Translations under genes and position numbers: made by a program
In this document: one piece after another, positions 27,217-39,943 of the stretch
How positions within the stretch are numbered: the stretch's first letter is position 1
Layout of the letters: each line of letters opens with the position of its first letter
From: Selaginella moellendorffii
Lineage: Eukaryota > Plantae > Lycopodiophyta
Assembly (NCBI RefSeq): GCF_000143415.4
Contig: NW_003314307.1
Span: forward strand, 832,378 to 896,377
Direction: 5' to 3'
DNA: 64,000 nt
Notes under the pieces: generated by a model
Seen by the model: only the letters and a program-made list of their open reading frames with translations
Told to the model about the DNA's origin: nothing
The model's database searches: none

Positions 27217-28189
27217 TCAGTCAAATCGAAACTTGGTAGGTTCTTGCTCTATTTTCCAGTCCATGTTCCGAGCCAGCTGTGCAATAACTTCCAAGTCTGG
27301 TAGTTGACCCTCGTATGTGATCTTCACTGTCCGTGAGCAAGAGCCTGCTGTCTTCTTGCTCTGCAACTTCATCTCCTTGANNNNNNNNNNNNNNNNNNNN
27401 NNNNNNNNNNNNNNNNNNNNNNNNNNNNNNNNNNNNNNNNNNNNNNNNNNNNNNNNNNNNNNNNNNNNNNNNNNNNNNNNNNNNNNNNNNNNNNNNNNNN
27501 NNNNNNNNNNNNNNNNNNNNNNNNNNNNNNNNNNNNNNNNNNNNNNNNNNNNNNNNNNNNNNNNNNNNNNNNNNNNNNNNNNNNNNNNNNNNNNNNNNNN
27601 NNNNNNNNNNNNNNNNNNNNNNNNNNNNNNNNNNNNNNNNNNNNNNNNNNNNNNNNNNNNNNNNNNNNNNNNNNNNNNNNNNNNNNNNNNNNNNNNNNNN
27701 NNNNNNNNNNNNNNNNNNNNNNNNNNNNNNNNNNNNNNNNNNNACTGCTGCGTCGTGACCATCGCGACGATGGTGGTGGTGGTGGTGGTGGTTGTGGCGT
27801 CCTCCATGGTGGTGACCATGGTGGTGACCATGGTGGTGAACAACCAGAGGAGCTCCATCACCGTGATGATGATGGTACACTGCTGCTGCTGGAGCTGGAT
27901 GGTGCTGGCGAGCATGATCGAGGATAGCAGGTGCTGGAGCTAGATGAGCAGGGTGCCCGTGAGCAGGGTGAACGAAATCAGCTGGCACTGGGGCTCGATC
28001 TGGAGCGTCACCTTGAAGAACTAGAGCTAAAGCTGGCGCTGGCTCGTGGCCTTGGTGTCCATGGTGGTGTGCTGGATGTGCTGGAGCTAGAGCTGGAGCT
28101 CGCGGGTGTGAAGCTCGGTGATGGCTGCCATGCCAGGGCGCTTGAGCTCGGTGGGCAAGCATTGGGGCAGCGTGAGCGCTAGAGACCAT
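27217..28189 (-). CDS. His-rich membrane protein copy 3 plus the 3' half of the HMA-like ORF; middle lies in an assembly gap
   Basis: 27744-28189 is an open His-rich frame from ATG; 27217-27380 encodes KEMKLQ...KFRFD*. Confidence 0.55.
27381..27743. other. Assembly gap
   Basis: Run of N. Confidence 1.
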
Positions 28190-29591
28190 AGCTTACCTGA
28201 CGAGAGCTTTGACAATAGAAAAATCCAAGTGAGAAAGATTATAACCTAACCCTTGACTTAGAAAAAATAAAGAGGTACTTTTGGCTTTGTGAAAAAAAAA
28301 ACGAGTGGACTTGAGAGCTGGTGACATGGATTGTTAGCAAGGGTGCCATGGGGCTTGAGCATGCCAAAGAGCGCAAACCTAGATGTGAACAATGATTTAA
28401 TTTCACAATCACGAAATGCTCTAGGTACAAATATTTCCAAAAGAGAAAACAATTTTAATTTGATGGCAACTCCTTTTTAGACTCAATCCTAATGTAGTGA
28501 ATGAAACTTTTTTACTCGCTTTTTAAACCTCTGAAAACTTAGCACTCATTAAATGCAAGTCATGGAACTCATGGAGACACAAGCCATCAGTGTGCACAAA
28601 CTACTTCCTTTTGCAAAAAAGTGGGAAAAAGGAACACAAGATAAATATCTATCCATTTTTGTTTTGATATTCTCAAGGTGCAACATAGCTCTATATTGAT
28701 ATTAATCCATAGCTCGTCCAGAGTAAAATTGGTCAAAATGCCTGGAATGATCTAACAATTGAACATATTTGGAGATGCTGGTATTGATCCCAAAAATCCA
28801 AAGCTTTTATTTTCACCATTCTAGTACTCATCCATAAGGTTTGGAAGGATCAGCAAGCTTTTATAGCCAAGCAGCTGCATGGAAATGGTATGTACATACT
28901 CAAGGTCATGAAATCTCATTTTGGCAACATCCTATGAAGTGTTCCAGGTTTAAGGCCAAGGGATTTGTGGAGCATACCCTCAAAAGAGATGTGTGTGGAA
29001 TCCACAGGATGGGCTGCTTGATATATACGAGAGGAACTCCTTGCAAAGCTGTTCCAGATCATACCAATTTGATTTATATTGTGTTGGTTTTGCCAATTGC
29101 TTTAATCATCCTCTTGAATAACATTGCAACGAAAAACACTAGGGTGAATATTATGTATTATTATTATAACTATTAGTAACACAAATATTATTTGGTATTT
29201 TGGTTTGCTAGTAAACATATTTAGCTACATAATTGTATAGCTAAAAGTATTTTAAAATGAGTAACTTTTCTTTCTTACAAAATTTTAAAATTGGAAATGT
29301 CTCCTTCACATTCTTTCAATGTTTAAGCACATTTGCTTTTGGTGTCTCATAGCCCCTGAACAAAAAATTAGAGATATTGGGCACACTTGATCAATTCAAA
29401 GAAACTAATCATTAAAAGCTTACTAGGTGATGTACAATTTGCTAATAGAGAGAGCCAGGTCAACAAAAAGAGTCATTAAAAATAAAATTTTAAAATATTC
29501 TGGTATACTAAAGAATATTTTCTTATGGAAATATTTTTATTAAAGAGGTATTTTAAACAAACTAATAATTTAAATAATATTTAAATATGAG

Positions 29592-29743
29592 TGGCTCCGT
29601 ACAAAGCAAGGGGCTTCGGAAATGAATGCTAAATTGCATCACCAACTCAAATGGCCTTTGACGAAGACGCTGCAATTGTTTTAAAGCATCATCACAATCA
29701 TCAGCATATTCAAATGCATGTTTAAAGACGTCCGGGAGAATAT
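29592..29743 (-). mobile_element. Isolated Gypsy gag fragment
   Basis: Reverse-complement homolog of ~21005-21155; also present at 57091-57242. Confidence 0.8.
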
Positions 29744-32722
29744 CAATTCCATAATTAAGAATTATATACTTGTAATGATAACATTGTTATTTAATGTTGA
29801 TACTTTTAACTACCACCTTCAAGTGTAATGCTTTTGAGTATGTTGCCTTGCTTCCTTTAATTATGTATTTGTAATTTTCCCACATTCATTCTTTCTCATT
29901 TTTATAGTTTCTTGAGAAAAGTGCTAAAGTTGAGTTTGTGGTTATGGTTGTAAAGTGTTCTTTTCAAATTTAAAGTTTGCTTCAAATAAAGCCCAAAGTT
30001 CCAAATTCATCAATTTCACCCCTTCTTCATCTAATAAAATACATAGTATATATTTTACTTTCTGGATAATTAACACTACATAGACTATGTGAGCAGAACT
30101 TCTATAGGATATAACAACATGAATAATCCCAATATTGTGGAGGATTGCCATATTGTTGTTATCTACAAAAACAATCAAATGGAGTGTGTAAAGTTAATAT
30201 AGTAATTTGCTTACTATATAATATTCCTCCAATCCATGTAAAACATTTGATTGTAGAACTTACTTTAAGTCGATATCTAACTCACTAATTTCTATGAATC
30301 TTTCCTAATTTGACTTGGAAGCATCTAGGCTCTTCATTGCTCAAAAGCATTGGTCCTCTTTGTTCCATATTTATATACTTATACTTGAGATAGTGCAAAT
30401 GTATTTGTTGTATGGGCTCATTTACTCATTCCTTTCTTTTGATAGTTTCAAGGTTCTCAATTGGTTTTACTGCAAATTAAATTCTAAAATCATATAAAGT
30501 TAATCTCATCACTTTTATTACTTTGTGACCAAGAGATTGTGTCAATGTTGTAGTAGATAAACATTCCACAAAACCCTCATAATTACGTTGATTTTTTTAT
30601 AACTTAGCCTTTTTTGTAGCATAGAGATGACCAAGTCATTCTAGCATGTTTTATTTGAAAATATGCATTTAGAGCAATTTTTTTTTTGATAGCCATATCA
30701 TATGGTAAATTTCAATAAGATTTATNNNNNNNNNNNNNNNNNNNNNNNNNNNNNNNNNNNNNNNNNNNNNNNNNNNNNNNNNNNNNNNNNNNNNNNNNNN
30801 NNNNNNNNNNNNNNNNNNNNNNNNNNNNNNNNNNNNNNNNNNNNNNNNNNNNNNNNNNNNNCAGCGAAGTCTGTAGTTATAGAATTGTATTTTTTATAAA
30901 CATTACCTCCAACCCACTATAAACGTATAAACTTGTAGTATTTATTTGCATCTTGTAAAGTCTTTATATCTTTTAAACTATAGCAAAACCACTCATGGTT
31001 ATTATGGTGTTCAACTTAAATACATTAACCAGTGCGTTCATATAAACTTTATTCCTAATGGAAAAGGCAACTCTTTTTCATTTAACTACAACTTTGTTTA
31101 TATCACCATTATAGACAATTCTAATACCTTATCAATTTTTTTATGCTTTGTTACTCATGAAACCATAAAACATTGATGGTGTTGAAAATCCTAATCCAAC
31201 TTAATATATATTATTTAGTAGTGTTTAAAAAAGAACTTAAAATGGCATCTCTTTCAAATAGCTATATTTGCTAATATAAGGAGCTTGTAAATAGTGAGCC
31301 AAGGGAGTTGACAAAAATATTTTGATACACTAAAGAATATTTTATTAAGGTTTTAGCTGCAAACAGTTTTATTAATCACATATTTTAAATAAACTTAATA
31401 ATTTAAATAATATTTACATCTGTTTAACTTACCACCATCTAATCTTTGTGGCAGAGGTTTTGGGTTATCACCTAATTTAGAGAGTAATTTTTTAATTTAA
31501 TATTCAATAATTAGTATTTATACTAATTGTTTAATTTATATATTCATATTAAGTTAATACAATACCAATATCTATTTTTTTCACCTTATGTTCAAACATT
31601 ATGATGAATCCAAACGTTAACATTTAGATCCATAATATGCAAAGGATGAAAGACTTTCAAAGTTTAATGTTAAAAAAAGTATATGCAATTGCAACTTGGA
31701 AATTAGTTGATTATGATGTTGTGAAAATTCCCATTTACAATATCACTTTCTTAACTGAAAACTATATACTTGTTATTATGGTATTGTTGATTGATGTTCG
31801 TATTTACTTTTTAATAATATTGCCTTTGAGTATATTGTCTTTGCTTCCTTTGACCAAGTATTTGTAATATTCATATATTTATTATTTCTCTTCTACTAAT
31901 ACAAAATCAGAAAAGATTTAAATAACTTGAATTTTAATTATGAAGTTTGTATATTTGTACAAGGCATTGTTGAAAGAGGAATATAACATCTAATTTAGAG
32001 AAGAAATTATTATTTTTAATATTTAATATTTATTACTTATACTAATTATTAACATTATATATCTATATTATGTTTTCATTACCTTTTTAGTGTAATTACA
32101 AGAAATTACCTATATTTTTTTCAATCTAATTTATAGATAAAATTTATTTTACTTTCAAATGCAATATCAATATCTATATTTTTCACCTCATATTCAGATG
32201 TTATAATGAATCCAAAGTTTGGATCCATCCTATGTAAAGGATAAAATACTTTAGAATTTTAACATTTAAAGAATTATGTGTAATTGCAACTTTGTTGTAA
32301 AGCTTTCTATTTACAGTGTCACTTCCATAATTGAGAATCATATGCTCATAATGATGGTATTGCTGCTTGATGTTGATTTTTTACTTTTAACTATAATGCC
32401 TTTGAGTATGTTGTTTTTGCTTTCTTTGACGAAATATTTGTAATCTTCATATATTTGTTGTTTCTCATCTACTATTATGAAATCAAGAAAGATTTTAAAA
32501 ACTTGAATTGTAATTATAAAGTTTGTATATATGTACAGGGCATGGTTGAAGAAGAATATAACATCTAATCTACAATAAAATCTTGGAGAAAATTAAATCC
32601 CATATATACTAATGAAAAACATTCTATATACTAATGTAATACGTTTGTGAATAGGCTTCTATAGATTTAAAGTGACCAAACATTATAAATCTATAATTTT
32701 TTTGCTTAATCAAACCTAGCTA
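29744..32722. repeat. AT-rich repeat, A/B chimera
   Basis: A-type up to ~31990, then switches to B-type matching 6055-6790. Confidence 0.8.
30726..30861. other. Assembly gap
   Basis: Run of N. Confidence 1.
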
Positions 32723-34895
32723 TCTATAATAATAAGAACGAAGGGCCTAGATCCCCAGAGCCGTCTGATCACGGGCTCGGGGCAGCCTCAGAAGCCATGG
32801 TTCTTAGGAAGGGGAGGCCACCCCAGGCCTAGGCCAGGGCCAGTGGCCATGGTTAACGGGAATATCGGCTCAATGTTGTGGCAGCCAATGGGCGGGATGC
32901 ACGTGTGGCCGGGAAGGGAAGAGGGCGTGGTGACAATTGTTATGCCATGCACTCCTAGGGCTCCATGGCTGCTCTGCTCGGATGGGGTTGTGTGGGCATT
33001 CCCGTGAGAGTCTGTGCGTCTGTAAGCTCCTAGAGGAGGTAATAGGGGCGAGTAGAATGGTAGTTGGACACACAATCCAGGTTCCTCTTGGGATCAACTC
33101 AAGACTGTGAGAGGCAAATTGGCTCATCTCCAACTCAGCAAAGCTTTGATCCCTGTTCACCACTGCCTCAAGAGCTCTATAGCTTTGGCCTACAAGAAAG
33201 CAATTATCAAGGACACTCCCTCTTCATCCCTGGATTCTCTCGAGGAATCCCTTGCTGCTGGGCCTGGTGAGGTATTGTTGTTTCAGCACATGCTCGGGAT
33301 CAACTCCGTTGTAGGAACCAAGTGTTTCGAGTTGATGTAGGGCTGTCGAGTTACTGTGCCAGCCAACACTACTCCTGAAGTTTTGGAAATCCAACACAGC
33401 ACTAATGTCTGGGTTCTCTTCAAAGAGAAAGAGGCGCCACCGCAAGCATCACCTGGTTTAGCTTCGTTTTTAGATTGAGGTAAGTTGTAAGTTTGGATAT
33501 CTTTGTATTCTATGATAAGATTTTTTCTCCGTCTGATACTGCTTCCATCAAATCTAAAATTTAGTTCCAGTTTCCGAGATTCTGAGGGCTGGTTTCAACA
33601 ATGCGTGCTTATGGGCTTTCTCAGGTGTCTGGGATGCTGTGCCAGGTAACCTGATGTTGGTGTATGAGCAACACTTTGGGCTGCAGCTCAAAATTGCAAA
33701 GCTCTGGATTATGAGGCAGAGATTGGTAAACACAACATTGGAGTTATTATGTTGTTCTTGAGTGTGCTTTGCAAAAGTCTAATATTTTCCTTTCAGATCA
33801 TTACATAGTTCTGAATTTTATATATATCCAACTGTAGTCTGCATTTCTATTCTGCATAAACTTCTATACAAACTCAATTAAAGATATATATAAGCTTAAA
33901 ATCTATAATCAAACTGACTGAAAATGCCTCGCCCCCACGATCTTTTGAGAGCCATACAACATAGTAAACAATCTAATGGAGATTTAGATGCCTCTGAAAC
34001 TATGATTGATCATGATACACATACTATAGCTGTTCAAAATAATCATGATAATGATTCTATACACCAAAATATTAAAATTGGAGGTAATATAACTTGGTTA
34101 TTTTGAAGAGTTTTCATCTTTAAAATGCAATGCATTACAAAAAGTACAAACAAATGATAAACTACCGATATTAAAATTTATAATGTTAAAGTCATTAAAA
34201 ATGCTATGGCTTGCTAGTGTGGTATTAATGGGTGGGATTGGTGGATTTAATATTGCTTGATATATGTAATCATCATAATGACATGCATGTAAGGTTCTAA
34301 ATGCTTATGACTATCCAACTGATTGGTGTATATAATCATTATCATGATCACCTTTACTATTTGATATTAGACACTACAATAGTGCTCTTGCTTTTGCATC
34401 TATGTCTTCTAATATTGATATTGTAAAAGCTCATGGTCCTTATTGCTTTAAAATCCATGGTCAAATATATCATAATATTGTATCAACACATCCTTCTGAA
34501 AGTCAATATAAAACTTATGGACAACTTTATATGCTTGATACTCTAGAAGCTATAGATATAAGAAAGCAAAACCCTTTTAATTCAAGATGTAAGACAAACT
34601 TATTTAAACATCTTGATGCTCTCCTTCATCATGCTCAAGCTTTCAAAATGATGTATGAAATGGAACAAGAAGAAATTTGTTTTGCTACACTTTCAGGTTA
34701 CTCTATATATAGTGTTTACATGTTATTAAAAACTGAAGGAACTAATCCACGATGCTATAATGCTTCATGGACAAATGATGTTGTTGTTGTGTTTGTTAGT
34801 GATGATGGAGAACTGCCACATAGTCATGAAATTTGTATATATCCAACTATAAGCAATTCTAAATGTATCTCAACACTTGATTATAATTGTGATCC
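32723..34895 (+). mobile_element. 5' part of the same Helitron, truncated
   Basis: Same 5' end and same upstream flank as 6791; homologous up to ~8873; ORF 34402-34950 (GPYCFKIHGQIYH) is a RepHel N-terminal piece. Confidence 0.9.
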
Positions 34896-36669
34896 AATAG
34901 TTCCCAAGTTGCACTTGTATATGCTTCTTGCAATGTTATACTTTTGGTAGGTCTTTAATCCCTTACAAACATATGTATTTTATATATTTAATGCTTTTTG
35001 GGATGAATTCAAATGTTAAAATGTTAATATGAGGAGTTCATAATATTAAGAAACAATTAGATATTAGTATTGTATTTGAATTTAAAAAAATTATTATAAA
35101 ATATTAATTATAAGTTACACATAACATAACAAAGGGCATTTCTTAAAGTTACACTCAAATGGATTTTACAGTAATAATTAAATATTTAATAATAATAAAT
35201 ATTAAAACTTAAAATAATACTTTCTTCTGTAAATTAGGTTACAAGGCAAAACCTCTATTAATTAGGAAATATTGCCACTCATATTTAAATATTATTTAAA
35301 TTACTAGTTTGTTTAAAATACCTCCTTAATAAAAATATTGCCATAAGAAAATATTCTTTAGTGTACCAGAATATTTTAAAATTTTATTCTTAATGACTCT
35401 TTTTGTTGACCTGGATCTCTCTATTAGCAAATTGTACATCACCTAGTAAACTTTTAATAATTAGTTTCTTTGAATTGATCAAGTGTGCCCAATATCTCTT
35501 TTTTTTTGTTCAGGGGCTATGAGACACCAAAAGCAAATGTGCTTAAACTTTAAAAGAATGTGAAGGTAACATTTCCAATTTTGAAATTTTGTAAGAAAGA
35601 AAATTTACTCATTTTAAAATACTTTTAGCTATACAATTATGTAGCTAAATATGTTTACTAGCAAACCAAAATACCAAATAATATTTGTGTTACTAATAAT
35701 TAAAATAATAATACATAATATTTACCAGGAGGAGGAGGAACAAGGCTAGTGTTTTTCAAGTAAAGAAATTGGCAAAACCAACACAATATAAATCAAATTG
35801 GTATGATTTAGAACAACTTTGCAAGGAGTTCCTCTTGTACACATCAAGCAGCCCATCCTATGGATTCCACACACATCTCTTTTGAGCATATGCTCCACAA
35901 ATCCCTCGGCCTTAAACCTGGATATCAATCCCAAATATCCAAAGCTTTTCTTTTCACCATTCTAGTACTCATCGATGAGGTTTGGAAGGACCAGCAAGCT
36001 TTTGTAGCCAAGCAGCTGCATGGAAATGGTACGTACATACTCAAGGTCATGAAATCTCATTTTGGCGACATCCTATGAGGTGCGATACCAGCATCTCCAA
36101 ATATGTTCGATTGTTGGATCGTTCTAGGCGTTTTGACCAATTTTACTCTGGACAACCTGTGGATTAATATCAATATGGAGCTATGTTGCACCGTGAGAAT
36201 ATTAAAACAGCAATGGATAGATATTTATCTTGTGTTCCTTTTTCCCATTTTTTTGCAAAAGGAAGTAGTTTGTGCACACTGATGGCTTGTGTCTCCATGA
36301 GTTCCATGACTCGCATTCAATGAGTGTCAAGTTTCCAAAGGTTTGACAAGTGAGTAACAAAATTTCATTCACTACATTAACATTAAGCCTAAAAAGGAGT
36401 TGCTATCAAATTAAAATTGTTTTTTCTGTACCTAAAGCATTTCGTGATTGTGAGATTAAATTGCTGTTCACATCTAGGTTTGGGCTCTTTGGCATGCTCA
36501 AGCCCGATGGCACCCTTTCTGACAATCCACAGCGTCACCAGCTCTCGAGTCCACTCGTTTTTTTTTTCACAAAGCCAAAAGTACCGCTTTATTTTTTCTA
36601 AGTCAAGGGTTAGGTTATAATCTTTCTCACTTGGATTTTTCTATTGTCAAAGCTCTCGTCAGGTAAGCT

Positions 36670-37410
36670 ATGGTCTCTCGCGCTCACGCCGCCCCAATGC
36701 TTGCCCGCCGAGCTCAAGCGCCCTGGCATGGCGGCCATCACCGAGCTTCACACCTGCGAGCTCCAGCACATCCAGCACACCACTATGGACACCAAGGCCA
36801 CNNNNNNNNNNNNNNNNNNNNNNNNNNNNNNNNNNNNNNNNNNNNNNNNNNNNNNNNNNNNNNNNNNNNNNNNNNNNNNNNNNNNNNNNNNNNNNNNNNN
36901 NNNNNNNNNNNNNNNNNNNNNNNNNNNNNNNNNNNNNNNNNNNNNNNNNNNNNNNNNNNNNNNNNNNNNNNNNNNNNNNNNNNNNNNNATGGAGCTCCTC
37001 TGGTTGTTCACCACCATCACCATGGTCACCACCATGGAGGACGCCACAACCACCACCACCACCACCACCATCGTCGCGATGGTCACGACGCAGCAGTGGC
37101 CACACCAACACCCACAGCAGTAGTTACAGTGGTTCGGAGGACGCCGTGGTCGCTGCTCCAGCTTCTTCTCTGGGTTTTGGTTGCGATCTTGGTGCTGCTC
37201 GCGTGCTTTTTGCTCGTGCGATGGATGTTATCTCGAAGGAAGCAGCGCAGTAATGTGATCTTTCAGGATCCCGGGTGGCAGATCGAAGTTGTGGTGGACG
37301 ATCCTCCGACCGAGAAGAAACAGCTGGAAGCTCACACTCGTGGTTCGCACAGCAATGGCACTCTAGGATTCTCCTCAAAGTGTCCTGCAAACACTGGCAG
37401 TGACGCGTAA
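36670..37410 (+). CDS. His/Ala/Pro-rich membrane protein, copy 4 (N gap at 36802-36988)
   Basis: ATG start and intact TM and C-terminus on either side of the gap. Confidence 0.6.
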   Translation: MVSRAHAAPMLARRAQAPWHGGHHRASHLRAPAHPAHHYGHQGHXXXXXXXXXXXXXXXXXXXXXXXXXXXXXXXXXXXXXXXXXXXXXXXXXXXXXXXXXXXXXXXGAPLVVHHHHHGHHHGGRHNHHHHHHHRRDGHDAAVATPTPTAVVTVVRRTPWSLLQLLLWVLVAILVLLACFLLVRWMLSRRKQRSNVIFQDPGWQIEVVVDDPPTEKKQLEAHTRGSHSNGTLGFSSKCPANTGSDA

Positions 37411-37624
37411 CTCAGCACAGTGCATGCGTTGTCACATGGAAGATTGTGTACAAACAATCTTCAAGGAGATGAAGTTGCAGAGCAAGAAGACAGCAGGCTC
37501 TTGCTCACGGACAGTGAAGATCACATACAAGGGTCAACTACCAGACTTGGAAGTTATTGCACAGCTGGCTCGGAACATGGACTGGAAAATAGAGCAAGAA
37601 CCTACCAAGTTTCGATTTGACTGA
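37400..37624 (+). CDS. Small HMA-like ORF (best-preserved copy)
   Basis: 74 codons overlapping the His-ORF stop in the +1 frame; CMRC and CHMEDC; C-terminal pattern like HMA/CopZ. Confidence 0.4.
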   Translation: MTRNSAQCMRCHMEDCVQTIFKEMKLQSKKTAGSCSRTVKITYKGQLPDLEVIAQLARNMDWKIEQEPTKFRFD

Positions 37625-39943
37625 GCTATCCTCTAGAGTGACGGGGGAGCAGACGTTAGTGCACCTCCAAAGGCCGGAGAAGTTGCTTGAGACGAAAGGT
37701 TTGAGAAAAGGTAACGTACTACTTTTGCTCTCTGTTCTTGCAGGCGCTCAAAGCTCAACTTTGATGAGAAGACGCAGTGCAGGGCATAGCAGCCAGATAA
37801 GTTTCTCCAGAGTCAAGCCGGGAATCAAGCAAGTGCATTTGTGAAAGTATGGTCGAAGTCTACACTGCGGCTTGCAACACAGGTTGTTCAACAGGATGGG
37901 ACGAAGAAGATGAGAGACAATACTTATCTCTTCAGTAGTATGAGTATTTTAATTGATCAATGGTTATAAACATATTTATAATTTATAAGTCAAGATTAAT
38001 ATTATTCCATATCAATAGTAGAAAAAACAAGAATATACTAGAAAGTGTTTAGGAAAGAATATAATAAAAAGATTAATCTAAATGAACAACAACTATTAGC
38101 TATTAAAATATCCTAGAATCTCCAAGCATATTTAAATATAGTCAATACTGCTACAGGTTTGCTTAAGAAAACCAATTATAGATTTATAGTGTTTAAATCT
38201 GTACAAGCCTATTCACAAATGTATTTACATTAGTATATAGAACTTTTTTCATTAGTGTATATGGGACTTAATTTTCTCCAAGATTTTATTGTAGATTAGA
38301 TTTTATATTCTTGTTTAATAAAAATATTACAACTAAAACCTCAATAAAATATTCTTTAGTGTATAAAAATATTTTTGTGAACTCCTTTATTTAAGTTCTC
38401 TTTATTAGAAAATCCTTTTATATAGAGCATAATCCTTGATGGTAATAGTTATTTAAGAGAAATGCTATTTTAAGTTCTTTTTTGAACAACGTATATCATG
38501 TTGGAATAAAATTTTCAACACCACAAATGCTTTACAGTTTCATGAGTAATGAAGCATGAAAAAATTGTGGAGGCATTAGAATTATATGTAATGGTTCAAA
38601 AAATAAAATTTTAATTATCTGAAAGTGGAGTGGCCTTCTCTATCAAGAGTAGAGTTACATGAACATATAAGCATATGCATTTGAGGTGAATACCATGATA
38701 AGCACAATTGATTGTGCTAGAGTTTAAAAAGTACAAACACTTTAGAAAATTAAACAAGTAATACAAGTTTATACATTTTAGTGGGTTGAAGGTAATGTTT
38801 ATAGAGAATACAAGTTTAGAATTATAGACTCAGCTAACATGGTGGTTTAGCTGTTTTCTACATTTAAAGGCTTTAATTATTTCTCAGATAAAGAACTACC
38901 AGCATTGATTTCTTTATTAATTCTCTTTTTTTATTAAATGAGTTTTAAAATACTTGCTACCCACTATTGAAAACAATTTGCTCTAAATGCATATTTTAAT
39001 ATAAAACTTTCTTGGTCACCTCTATCTTACAATAGACCTTTATGCACTCTTATATAAAAGGCTAAATTATAATAAAATACATATACTTTTAAAGATTTGT
39101 TGGAATGTTTATTTACTATAACATTGACACAACCTCTTAGTCACAACCTCACAAAGTGATGGGATCAACTTTAAATGCTATTGGAATTTAATTTACAATG
39201 AAACCAATTAAGAACCTTAAAACTCTCAAACGAAAACAATAAGCCCAAGCAATTGAGAAATTTGTACCATCCCAAACATGAGTATGTAACTATAGAACAT
39301 AGAGGACCAATACTTTTGAGCAATTAAAAGCTTAGCTACTTTTAAGTCAAAGAATAAAATATTCATAAGATTTAGTGAGCTATATGTCAACCTAGAGCAA
39401 GTTCTACAGTCAAATATTTTGTTTGGATTGGAGGAATATTATGTGGTAAGCAAATTATTATATGAACTTTACGCATTCTAGCTGATTGTTTTTGTAGATG
39501 AAAACAATATGGCAATCCTCCAGAACAATGTGATCAATTCATATGGCTATGCCCTACGAAAGTTCTGCACACATGGTCAATTATTCAAAAACCAAAAGAT
39601 ATACCATATATTTGGTTATTTGGGTGAAATTGATGAATTTGGAGCTTTATGCTTTTGTTGAAACAAGCTTTAAATTTGAAATGAACACTTTACAACTATA
39701 ATAACAATCTCACTTTTCTCAAGAAATTAATGTTCCTTAACATTAAAAATGTATGGTCAGAGGAATCAAAGACATTGGAAAAGAACTAGTTATTAGTATT
39801 GTAATTTAATTTGATATATTTATTAAAAAAAATTAATATAAAATTTAGGATTTTATAGTAATAATTATATATTTAGTAATACTAAATATAGTGAATTTAT
39901 TATTTAAATTAGGTCAGAAATAAAAACCTCTAAAATTTTAGAT

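Noticed and set aside
32723-34895. Independent Helitron insertions at 32.7 and 60.2 kb
   Set aside because: Their upstream flank is the same as at 6791, so they are duplicated and truncated copies of one insertion.
37617-37844. Recurrent 61-75 aa ORF containing a 33-nt GT..CAG intron-like piece
   Set aside because: No ATG start or recognisable domain; its conservation is explained by recent duplication.
39118-39150. NIDTTS(W)SQ as a viral RdRp motif A
   Set aside because: A single short match with no supporting B/C motifs, and not in the favoured frame.
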